Source: Deltaproteobacteria bacterium (lineage in GTDB: Bacteria; Desulfobacterota; Binatia; HRBIN30). From it: a DNA stretch of 48,042 nt. The notes below the pieces were generated by a model that saw only the letters and a list, made by a program, of their open reading frames with translations, was not told where the DNA came from and ran no database searches. Position 1 is the stretch's first letter. Every line of letters begins with the position of its first letter. The stretch is from the NCBI GenBank assembly GCA_017860575.1, contig JAGDMS010000003.1:1-48042 (forward strand), written 5' to 3'. Of the stretch, positions 38,498 to 48,042 are shown piece by piece. The position numbers and the translations under genes were made by a program.

Positions 38498-39829
38498 ATG
38501 CAGGCCGAGTGGTTGGAAGCTTTGCCGCAGCTGCGGCAGCTTGTTGGCGAGAGGAATTTTGCAACTTGGATCGAACCGATTCGGTGTGCCGACGATGCCA
38601 ACGGGTTCGTCCTCGAAGTGAGTAGCCGGTTCTTTCAGGAATGGGTCACGCGTCACTTCCTACCGATCATTCGCCAGGTGCTGACCCGTCGTGACGGTAC
38701 CACGCCTGGCATCCGGCTGGTCGTCGCCGCAGACCACGCAGCGCACACCGCACACGGTCGCAAGCCGGGAACGGTGCCGGCACGACCAGCCGCGCCCCGC
38801 GGTCCCCGCATCGGGCGTTTGGTCGCAGATTACACGTTCGACACGTTCGTCGTCGGTCAAGCCAACGAGGTCGCCTATCGGGCGGCGCGGTCGGTGGCGG
38901 AGACACCGGGGCGCCGGTTCAACCCATTGTTCGTGTGGGGCGGCGTTGGCCTCGGGAAGACACACCTCATCAACGCGGTGGCCCATGAGTTGCTCACGCA
39001 GCGCCCCCGCCGACGCCTGGCCTGCCTGGCCGCCGAGGCTTTCATGAACAGCCTCATCGGCGCCCTTCGCCAAGACCAGATGGCGGCATTCCGTGACGGC
39101 TTCCGCGCCGTCGACGTGTTGATTCTTGACGACGTGCAATTCCTCGCCGGCAAGGAACGGACCCAGGAGGAATTTTTCCATACTTTCAATGCGCTGCATT
39201 CCGCCGGCCATCAGATCGTGCTCACCTCGGACAAGCCGCCGCATGCCATCGCGGAACTCGAACAGCGCCTGCGCAGCCGCTTCGAAGGCGGGCTGATCGT
39301 GGACATCCACCCGCCCACCCCCGAGATGCGCATCGCGATTGTCACCCAGAAAGCCGCCATGCACGGCGTACCTCTGCCCCGCGACGTGGCCGCGCTTGTA
39401 GCCCAGCGTAGCGGTCCGAGTGTTCGTGAACTGGAAGGCGCGCTGACCCGCGTCCTGGCCACGGCGGCGTTACGCGGGGTACCACTCGAAGCCGCGTTGG
39501 TGGAGCGTCTGCTCGCACCGATTGCGCCCCTATCCAGCTTGCTCTCCGTCGAAGCCATTCAGGAGAAGGTGAGCCAACATTTTCAGGTATCGGTGAGCGA
39601 CCTCAAGTCGCATCGGCGCGACCGTGCCGTGACATTTGCCCGCCAGGTCGCCATGTATCTGAGCCGGACCATTGCCGAGGTCTCCTTTCCCTGCATCGCC
39701 GAGAAATTCGGCGGCCGCGACCACTCCACCGTGATGCACGCCGTGCGCGCGGTCGAGGACAAGCGCAAGCAGGATCCGCACACGGGGAATCTGCTCCTTA
39801 CCCTGGAGACCGAACTGCGTAGCCACTAG
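38498..39829 (+). CDS. dnaA: Chromosomal replication initiator DnaA (displaced or paralogous)
   Basis: Domain I FATWIEP; [47 protein letters not shown]; domain [17 protein letters not shown]. Confidence 0.96.
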   Translation: MQAEWLEALPQLRQLVGERNFATWIEPIRCADDANGFVLEVSSRFFQEWVTRHFLPIIRQVLTRRDGTTPGIRLVVAADHAAHTAHGRKPGTVPARPAAPRGPRIGRLVADYTFDTFVVGQANEVAYRAARSVAETPGRRFNPLFVWGGVGLGKTHLINAVAHELLTQRPRRRLACLAAEAFMNSLIGALRQDQMAAFRDGFRAVDVLILDDVQFLAGKERTQEEFFHTFNALHSAGHQIVLTSDKPPHAIAELEQRLRSRFEGGLIVDIHPPTPEMRIAIVTQKAAMHGVPLPRDVAALVAQRSGPSVRELEGALTRVLATAALRGVPLEAALVERLLAPIAPLSSLLSVEAIQEKVSQHFQVSVSDLKSHRRDRAVTFARQVAMYLSRTIAEVSFPCIAEKFGGRDHSTVMHAVRAVEDKRKQDPHTGNLLLTLETELRSH

Positions 39830-39945
39830 CAAGCGGCGGGTTCCCTCGGCGAGGCGAGCCCGCCATTGCGGTCCCCGGCCGCGCCACTCGGCCAGTGGCG
39901 CGGCACGGATGCGTTTCGCCACCCAAAATTCTGTTCCCACGGCCC

Positions 39946-39973
39946 TTGACTGCCCGAGTTCGGTGGTTACTTT
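39946..39973 (+). promoter_or_regulatory. Putative sigma70-type promoter of groESL
   Basis: TTGACT-16 nt-TACTTT; no CIRCE element visible. Confidence 0.45.
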
Positions 39974-40035
39974 GCCGCCGGCTTGAGCGTTTCCGCTTAG
40001 CCCTTCAAAACCATTTCTCGGAGGAGGTTGGCAGC

Positions 40036-40326
40036 ATGAAGATTCGGCCGCTGCAAGATCGTGTCATCGTGCAACGAATCGAAGAAGAAGAGAAAACGAA
40101 AGGTGGAATCATCATTCCCGACACCGCGAAGGAAAAGCCCCAAGAGGGGAAGGTAATCGCCGTCGGCAAAGGCAAGGTCAGCGACGAGGGCAAGGTGATG
40201 CCTTTGAGCGTGAAAGCGGGAGACAAAATCCTCTTCGGCAAATACGCCGGCACCGAGGTGAAGTTGGAAGGCAAGGATTACTTGATCATGCGCGAGGACG
40301 ACATCCTCGGCGTGGTGGAAGGATAA
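40036..40326 (+). CDS. groES: Co-chaperonin GroES
   Basis: [23 protein letters not shown]; GGAGGAGG RBS. Confidence 0.98.
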   Translation: MKIRPLQDRVIVQRIEEEEKTKGGIIIPDTAKEKPQEGKVIAVGKGKVSDEGKVMPLSVKAGDKILFGKYAGTEVKLEGKDYLIMREDDILGVVEG

Positions 40327-41961
<1,635 letters not shown>

Positions 41962-41987
41962 GCCCTTTGCCATCAGTGACGGGCGGT

Positions 41988-42030
41988 CAACGGCCCGGTC
42001 TCAAGTACGAGACCGGGCCGTTGCTTTTTT
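41988..42030 (+). terminator. Intrinsic terminator after groEL
   Basis: 15-bp perfect stem CAACGGCCCGGTCTC / GAGACCGGGCCGTTG followed by C and T6. Confidence 0.92.
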
Positions 42031-42105
42031 GGTGCACCGACGCACAGTTCCGCCGCTGCAGGCGATTGACAAAGGTCGGCGGGAGGGCGAAAAAGGCCTA
42101 CACTC

Positions 42106-44961
42106 ATGCGATTCGCCGCCCCCCTGAGTTACGCCATCATTGGTATCTGCCTGTCGGTTTCACCGGCGGTCGCAGTGCTTCAATTCGCCACTCCAAAGGC
42201 GCTGACGGTCAACGTGGCGCCAAACAGCGGCCCGCAAGCGACCGCACTGGTCGATGTGAACAAAGACAACCGGGCGGACATCCTGGTCGTCAATCGCATC
42301 GCCAACGTGGTGCAGGTCTACCTCAACGACGGGAACGGTGGCTTCTCCGATACGCCTTCCAGCACCACCGGCACCGGCCCGGCGCCGGTGGCCGTCGCCA
42401 CGGGAGATTTCAACAATGATGGCAATGTCGATTTGGTGACGGTCAATTCCGGGGGGAATAGCGTCACTGTTCGCCTCGGGATCGGCGCCGGGGACTTCAG
42501 CTCATCGTCGCGTGATTTCACTGTAGACGCAAATCCCGTTGGCGTCGCCGTCGGCGACTTCAATAATGACGGCAAGGCCGACCTCGCCGTGCTCAGCAGC
42601 ACCACGATCCACCTGTTGAAGGGGAACGGAGACGGCACCTTCGCGAATTTCCCCACCGCCAGCATTGCCACCGGCGGTGGCAGCAATGGCGGCGCCACCA
42701 TGATCATGACCGGGCTGATGGATGCCGGCTCCTTCCCGGATCTGGTCATCAGCAATCACGACAGCCGTCGGATCACCGTCTTGCTCGGTAACGGTGATGG
42801 GACCTTCAAGTCCCCGCTCGTAAAGTCAGTCACGGACGCGCCCAGAGCACTGTACATTGCGGAATTGAACGGGGATGCCTTCCAAGATGTGGCGGTCGCC
42901 TTGGAACGGACGGGCGCAGCCACCGACCAGAACGTGCAACTGCTCTACGGAAACGGCGATGGAACGTTCTCCTCGGAAGTCGCCTTGACCACTGCCGCGG
43001 AGGAGGTGACGTCGGTGGTGGTGGCCGATTTGGATGCTGACGCCAAGCCCGACATGGTCGTTCCGAACGCGTCGGGCGGCATTGGAATCATGTTCCTCTG
43101 CAATGAACAGGGTGTGTGTTTCGATACCGGCCAGTTCGCGAATCCCCCGGAGAGCGGTTTTCAGCAACAGCAGCCTAGCAGGGTTTCGGTCGGGGATTCG
43201 GTCGCCATCGAAGCCGGCAAGATGAACGCCGACGCGTACCCAGACCTCATCGTGCTGAGTGCCGACGGCGGCGTGCTCGATGTCATCATCAACACCACCG
43301 GAGGCGCACCGCCCTCACCGACCACCCCATCAGGCCAGGGAACACCGACCCCCACGCAAGGAGTTCCGCCAACCGCCACCCCCATAGCTCCCACGCCAAC
43401 ACCCACCCGCACGTTCACCCCGGTCCCCACACCTACGCCAACGCCTATCCCAACGGCACCCTATGGCCTCTGCAACACGAACGAGCCGGGTCAACCGGCC
43501 GTAGGGGGGAAACCGGTCGCTGTCACAACCGGAAATTTCTATAACGATGGCAACCCCGCCATCGCCGTCGCTGACAACCAGGGCAACAAGGTGGTCCTGC
43601 TGCGAACCCAAATCAACTCAACAGCGTCCGGTGCCTGCGGGGTGCTGGGCCTCACCCGGGGGACGGAACTGCAGAACATTGCCGCGCCGATCGCACTCGC
43701 AGCGGCGAACTTTGACAGCCGTGACGGCGACGGGAACCTTGATCTTGCCGTCGTCGGTTCCGCCGGTCTGAGCGTCTTTTTTGGCGACGGCAACGGCGGC
43801 TTCCAGGCTGCCAGTGCCAATCCCATGGCAGCGGGAACGTCCCCGAGGTCTGTTGCCGTGGCCGACTTCAACCGCGACGGCTGGCCAGACATCGCGGTCG
43901 CCAACGCCGGCAGCAACGATGTGACGATCTTCTTCGGAAAGGGCCAGCGTGCGTTCGATGCAGCCTGCACGGTGCCGGTCGGGCGGAACGCCAGTCTGGT
44001 GGTTGCCCAGGACTTGAATGGGGACAATCGGGCGGACTTTGCGGTCGCCAGTCAGCAAACGAACGATGTCGTGGTGTTCCTCCAATCCGTTTCGACAGGG
44101 ACCCCAGCCGTGCCGACCTGCCCGACGGCATCGCTGACGTTCACCAGCCTGCCGGCAGTTCCTTTGCTGCAGCAGCCGCACGCAATCGCCTTCGACAATT
44201 TCGATCAGACCAATCCCAGCAGGCCGGGTTTTGCCGTCGCGCTCTCGTCGAACGCCAGCGGAGCCGACGGAAGTGCCAAATTCTTCCTGGCAACTGCGCC
44301 GACAAGTGGGGGATTGTCCTACAACAGCGGAGGAACCTTGACGGTCACGTCGCCGGCCGGGCAATCCGCATCTTCCCCGTCGGCGATGGGCACAGGGGAC
44401 GTGAACCGGGATGGCCGTCCCGACCTGATCGTGACGGATCAGGCCAATGGGACGGTGGTCATTTTCCTGGCCAATGGTAACGGCAGCTTTGCAACCTCGC
44501 TGATTCCATTCGTGATCAATGGGCGGGGACCAGTCGGCATTGCGGTGGCTGACATCGACGGCGACGGCGTTCCCGACGTTGTCACGGCCAATCAGGGCGA
44601 CGGCAGCGTGAGTGTGCTGGTGAGCAGCCGGCCACCCGCCACACCGACCCCCCTGCCCACGCTGACACCAACCATCACCGGAACGCCAACCCCAACGCCC
44701 ACCGCCACCGAAACGGGAACGCCAACCCCGACGCCCACCGCCACCGCGACCGTCACCTGGACACCACTGCCCACCCTCACCCCGGTTCCCAGTCCGGTCC
44801 CCACGGCGACACTGAAGCCCGGCGCAATCGCACTGCAGGGTTCCTGCACGCTGGATCCGCAGGCACCGGGTGACTGGACGTGGGTCGCGTTCTCGCTCGC
44901 AGCGGTACTCGGATTGGCGTGGCGGTCGCGCATGATTCGGGGTACGAGGGACGGACGATGA
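42106..44961 (+). CDS. Secreted FG-GAP/VCBS-repeat surface protein (two repeat blocks, Pro/Thr linkers, C-terminal TM anchor)
   Basis: Signal peptide; many DFNNDGxxDL repeats; two TPTP linkers; QGSC...TM...WRSR tail. Confidence 0.92.
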   Translation: MRFAAPLSYAIIGICLSVSPAVAVLQFATPKALTVNVAPNSGPQATALVDVNKDNRADILVVNRIANVVQVYLNDGNGGFSDTPSSTTGTGPAPVAVATGDFNNDGNVDLVTVNSGGNSVTVRLGIGAGDFSSSSRDFTVDANPVGVAVGDFNNDGKADLAVLSSTTIHLLKGNGDGTFANFPTASIATGGGSNGGATMIMTGLMDAGSFPDLVISNHDSRRITVLLGNGDGTFKSPLVKSVTDAPRALYIAELNGDAFQDVAVALERTGAATDQNVQLLYGNGDGTFSSEVALTTAAEEVTSVVVADLDADAKPDMVVPNASGGIGIMFLCNEQGVCFDTGQFANPPESGFQQQQPSRVSVGDSVAIEAGKMNADAYPDLIVLSADGGVLDVIINTTGGAPPSPTTPSGQGTPTPTQGVPPTATPIAPTPTPTRTFTPVPTPTPTPIPTAPYGLCNTNEPGQPAVGGKPVAVTTGNFYNDGNPAIAVADNQGNKVVLLRTQINSTASGACGVLGLTRGTELQNIAAPIALAAANFDSRDGDGNLDLAVVGSAGLSVFFGDGNGGFQAASANPMAAGTSPRSVAVADFNRDGWPDIAVANAGSNDVTIFFGKGQRAFDAACTVPVGRNASLVVAQDLNGDNRADFAVASQQTNDVVVFLQSVSTGTPAVPTCPTASLTFTSLPAVPLLQQPHAIAFDNFDQTNPSRPGFAVALSSNASGADGSAKFFLATAPTSGGLSYNSGGTLTVTSPAGQSASSPSAMGTGDVNRDGRPDLIVTDQANGTVVIFLANGNGSFATSLIPFVINGRGPVGIAVADIDGDGVPDVVTANQGDGSVSVLVSSRPPATPTPLPTLTPTITGTPTPTPTATETGTPTPTPTATATVTWTPLPTLTPVPSPVPTATLKPGAIALQGSCTLDPQAPGDWTWVAFSLAAVLGLAWRSRMIRGTRDGR

Positions 44962-46490
44962 GCACGCGGCTGGCCGACAATGACCTGCGTTCCACTCTTC
45001 GTAAAATGGCGGTCCTGGCCTGCCTCTTCCATGGAGGGACGGCGCTGGCGGCCAGCACCCTGGCGGGCTTTACGAGTTGCGACATCCCGCTCCAGTCCGG
45101 CACCAACCAGGTCGAGCCTGTGGCAATGACGACGGGACAATTCAAAACGGGGACGGAGCCAGGGCTTGCCATCGTCGATCGCGCAAATAATCAAGTCATC
45201 GTGCTACAGACGGACCATGCGCAGTTTCGTGCCGGCAACTGCCAGCAGGGGACGACCGCGAGCGCTGTCGGCATCAGTGCCGGGGGCACGGCTATTGCGA
45301 ACGGGGACATCGATAACAACGGCACCACGGACTTGGCGGTAGCGGTTCAGGCGGGGGTGTCCGTTTTGCGTGGCAGCTCCTCCGGGACTTTCACGGCTGA
45401 GACACCAATCGCCGCTGGGACTGATCCTCGCACCGTGGTCATTGCGAATGTCGATGGAGACCAGTGGCCGGACATCATCGTTGGCAGCGGTTCTGGCAAC
45501 AGCGTCATGGTGCTCTATGGTAAGACCGGAGGCGGTTTCGACGTCTCCGCTAGTATCCCGGTCAACGGGCCCGTTGCCTTCATGGCTGTCGAGGACTTCA
45601 ACAACGACGGCTTCCTCGATATCGCTGCCGGAAGCAACGTCAGCGGCAAAATCACGGTATTGCTGCAGCAGCGCACCGCTCCGCGCACCTTTCGGCCGCC
45701 CACCTCGTTTGACGTCGGGGTGGCGCCGACGGCGCTTGGTGCGGGGTATTTCAACAAAGATAGCTGGATCGATCTCGCAGTCACAAGCGGCGGGAGGTTC
45801 GGCATTCTCGACGTGTTTCTGAACACCGTGGACAACGACCAAGTCTCCTTCTCACCGGCCCCTCAACCCACGCCCGCGCCCGTACTCCTGAACCCATCCG
45901 CACTGGCGACCGCCGACTTCGATCGGGACTCAAATCTCGACGTTGTAGTGGCGAACCAGGAGAACGGTGTCGTCACCTTCTTCCTGGGCAATGGCACTGG
46001 GGCAATGTCTGGGGTGGTCAACGCCTGCGGGCTTCCCGGAGCCGAATTGACACCATGCGCCGCCATCGGCGAGCCGGCGGCGATCGTGGTGGCTGATGTC
46101 GACGGTGATGGCCGCGACGATGTGATCACCGCCAATCAGAATCCGGGATCGATCACGGCGCTGCTGAGCAGCCGCCCCGCGGCGACGCCAACACCCACGG
46201 CCACGCCGACGAATACACCAACCGATACGCCAACGGTCACCCCCACCACGACCCCCACTCCCACCCCGACCCCCACTGCAACCGAAACCCCAACACCGAC
46301 CCCGACCAACACGCCACGTGCAACCTTCACCTTCACGATCACACCAACACCGGGCCCCACGTGCTTTGGAAGCGTCTGCGTACAGGGAAGCGGCTGCGAG
46401 ATCGGCCAGCAGGCACCCGGCACCTGGAGCCCGGCGTGGCTGTTGCTTGGAGCCTTGATCATCTGGCTGCTCCGGCGCCAGCCAGAATAA
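44958..46490 (+). CDS. Secreted FG-GAP/VCBS-repeat surface protein with Pro/Thr linker and C-terminal anchor
   Basis: ATGA overlap with the upstream gene; signal peptide; DxDxDGxxD repeats; TPTP linker; QGSGC...TM...LRRQPE tail. Confidence 0.92.
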   Translation: MSTRLADNDLRSTLRKMAVLACLFHGGTALAASTLAGFTSCDIPLQSGTNQVEPVAMTTGQFKTGTEPGLAIVDRANNQVIVLQTDHAQFRAGNCQQGTTASAVGISAGGTAIANGDIDNNGTTDLAVAVQAGVSVLRGSSSGTFTAETPIAAGTDPRTVVIANVDGDQWPDIIVGSGSGNSVMVLYGKTGGGFDVSASIPVNGPVAFMAVEDFNNDGFLDIAAGSNVSGKITVLLQQRTAPRTFRPPTSFDVGVAPTALGAGYFNKDSWIDLAVTSGGRFGILDVFLNTVDNDQVSFSPAPQPTPAPVLLNPSALATADFDRDSNLDVVVANQENGVVTFFLGNGTGAMSGVVNACGLPGAELTPCAAIGEPAAIVVADVDGDGRDDVITANQNPGSITALLSSRPAATPTPTATPTNTPTDTPTVTPTTTPTPTPTPTATETPTPTPTNTPRATFTFTITPTPGPTCFGSVCVQGSGCEIGQQAPGTWSPAWLLLGALIIWLLRRQPE

Positions 46491-46672
46491 GCGCCAATCG
46501 GCTTCGGCTGCGCGCCTCCAGTTCCTCTCTAACGAACGAAACCTGCTTGGTGTATCGAAATGCCACACCAAGTAAGCTTCGTTTTGATACAACAGTTGCC
46601 CCAAGCGTGAGGGGGCGACTTCCATACAGCTGATTTTATTGCATTTTTATTCGCGAGACGGCTGCCGTGATG

Positions 46673-46688
46673 CGGCACGATTTCTGCT
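46673..46688 (+). promoter_or_regulatory. sigma54 (-24/-12) promoter
   Basis: cGGCACGatttcTGCt with exact GG-N10-GC spacing, about 30 nt upstream of the ORF at 46720. Confidence 0.7.
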
Positions 46689-46719
46689 TTCTTCTGGTGC
46701 CTCGACAAGGAGCACTCTG

Positions 46720-47205
46720 ATGGAAGCGGCAGCGCCGAGCATGCAGTGGTCAAAAGAATACGAAGGCACGAGCTTTGAAGGTGTGATGCCCCGCCTGATC
46801 GAGCCGGAAATCTTGTTGCCATCCCAGTTCTTCGATCGTTTCCGTGGCAGGAGCATTCTGGAAGGGGAGCGCCGCCTGATGTTGGCGGTCCTCGAAGACG
46901 GGATCATGTGCTACCAGAAGTATGCGGGAGCAGCGAGACCGCGGGCGCGACGTTTGTTTGAAGAGGCCGAGCAGTGGATCTTCGAGGAAGGCGACGCATG
47001 GCCGTTTTCCTTCGAATCCATCTGTGGGATGTTCAACCTTGATCCCGGATATTTCCGCCAGCGCCTCAACGGCTGGCGGCAACAGTTGTTGGCTCAGTCA
47101 CCTGAAGAGCGAGTGAAGGTAGCCAGGGTGCGCTTGCGCGCCGCGCGGCGCCACAAGATACTGCCGTTTGTGCCGCGCAGGCGCCAGAAAGCTGCGGCGG
47201 CCTAG
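46720..47205 (+). CDS. Conserved-looking hypothetical helical protein
   Basis: AAGGAG RBS; EPEILLPSQFF, ERRLMLAVLED, EAEQWI, PFSFESIC..LDP; basic C-terminus. Confidence 0.8.
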   Translation: MEAAAPSMQWSKEYEGTSFEGVMPRLIEPEILLPSQFFDRFRGRSILEGERRLMLAVLEDGIMCYQKYAGAARPRARRLFEEAEQWIFEEGDAWPFSFESICGMFNLDPGYFRQRLNGWRQQLLAQSPEERVKVARVRLRAARRHKILPFVPRRRQKAAAA

Positions 47206-47252
47206 TTCAGGCTCCGCGTCTGGGCGGGAGGCCGTGCTGCACCACACAGGCC

Positions 47253-47579
47253 TCAAATACTCTTCAAGAACACTGCCGCGAAATTCCCCAACCAGGGACA
47301 GAGCGAGAACGCGCTGTAGGCTCCAGCAGTAGCCGTCAGCGCTGGCTCTACGCTCCTGTGGCTAGCATTGCGGTTCATAAGGAAGAGCAATCCGCAGGCG
47401 ACGGCTTTGAAAAGTAGAAGCGCCGGCAACACCCCGAACTCGTCGAATGCATTCCGCAGGAGAGGGTTGCCCTCGCGGAAACCCAGCTGCACTCCTTGGT
47501 AGGTTGCGACCGCATCGAAGAGCTGCAGCGCAATGTTCAATACAAACAGATCATAGACACGCCTGCATGGCGCGGTCAT
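47253..47579 (-). CDS. DUF5658-like small membrane protein
   Basis: LQLFDAVATY..EGNPLL..LLFK pattern; 3 TM segments. Confidence 0.7.
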   Translation of the reverse strand: MTAPCRRVYDLFVLNIALQLFDAVATYQGVQLGFREGNPLLRNAFDEFGVLPALLLFKAVACGLLFLMNRNASHRSVEPALTATAGAYSAFSLCPWLGNFAAVFLKSI

Positions 47580-47702
47580 GGCGTCTAGTCTGGCAGACCA
47601 AGCCGGCACCGGCAAGACGCAGATGCCAAAGCAAGAGGAAGGCGAGGATGAGGGCGGCATCTGATCACGACCACGCTCATGAACGTAACCTTTCGCTCAG
47701 GT

Positions 47703-47775
47703 CCGTCATGCCCGCAATCTTTCAGCGGGCATCCAGGCTGGGGGGATTCCCGCTTAAGGATTGCGGGAATGACGG
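47703..47775. repeat. Nested palindromic REP-like element
   Basis: CGTCATGCCCGCAATC / GATTGCGGGAATGACG (15/16) enclosing AGCGGGCATCC / GGATTCCCGCT (10/11). Confidence 0.8.
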
Positions 47776-47840
47776 GATCTTGGGATTTGTGGCCGATCCA
47801 AGCCTGCGTCGCGCCTGATGGCGCTCGACGCACCACAAAT

Positions 47841-48041
47841 TCAGCTGGGCAAAACGAAGTCGGGAAGGTCGGCGCGCATGAACCCAACCACCATGTGTTC
47901 CGTGTTGAAGGCATGCCCCAGGCGGCCAAGCGAATCGACGACGATTATCCCGCCCCGCCCCGCCACACGGCGCTCCATGTACGCGATCTGTTCTCGGGCC
48001 ACAGCTTGCGGATCCCGCCCTTCACGAAGCGCCGCAACGAC
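47841..48041 (-). CDS. Isoaspartyl peptidase/L-asparaginase family, C-terminal fragment (5'-partial, absent from the ORF track)
   Basis: Hand translation: VVAALREGRDPQAVAREQIAYMERRVAGRGGIIVVDSLGRLGHAFNTEHMVVGF...PS*; GGxIxxD..G...FNT..M is typical of this Ntn-hydrolase beta chain. Confidence 0.8.
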   Translation of the reverse strand, partial: VVAALREGRDPQAVAREQIAYMERRVAGRGGIIVVDSLGRLGHAFNTEHMVVGFMRADLPDFVLPS

Positions 48042-48042
48042 A

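Noticed and set aside
39990-40020. CIRCE element before groES
   Set aside because: TTAGCCCTTC only loosely resembles one arm; no GAGTGCTAA partner
43310-46360. CRISPR or tandem DNA array
   Set aside because: ACx-CCx periodicity is explained by coding Pro/Thr linkers and FG-GAP repeats; no repeat-spacer structure

Overview
GC-rich (roughly two-thirds G+C, estimated by eye) bacterial chromosome segment. Gene content and the Pro/Thr-linker surface proteins suggest a deltaproteobacterium-like lineage such as Ca. Binatia (inference). From left to right: a membrane LuxR / DUF2231-like / DUF6448-like cluster; recC-recB-recD; a minus-strand beta-barrel / DUF1214 / sulfotransferase operon; an RRM protein; a GT-C glycosyltransferase; an internally deleted HD-hydrolase remnant; a cfa-like methyltransferase plus geranylgeranyl-reductase-family pair; an Mre11/Rad50-like pair; a FixL-like PAS-PAS-GAF-PAS kinase with an atypical receiver; small enzymes; rimP-nusA-ylxR-infB-DUF503-rbfA-truB extended by a VKOR-DsbA fusion; a dnaA with no dnaN next to groES-groEL; two FG-GAP surface proteins; a sigma54-type promoter driving an unknown protein; a DUF5658-like protein; and the 3' end of an isoaspartyl peptidase/asparaginase. 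Most notable: (1) two copies of a ~132-bp hairpin mini-element and one unrelated palindrome sit in frame inside recB and recD, while recB also carries a frameshifting micro-deletion; (2) both FG-GAP proteins end in a shared Cys-containing CTERM-type anchor; (3) the dnaA looks like a displaced or second copy with its own DnaA-box pair; (4) a complete sigma54 promoter architecture precedes an unannotated protein. No rRNA, tRNA, CRISPR array or transposase was seen.
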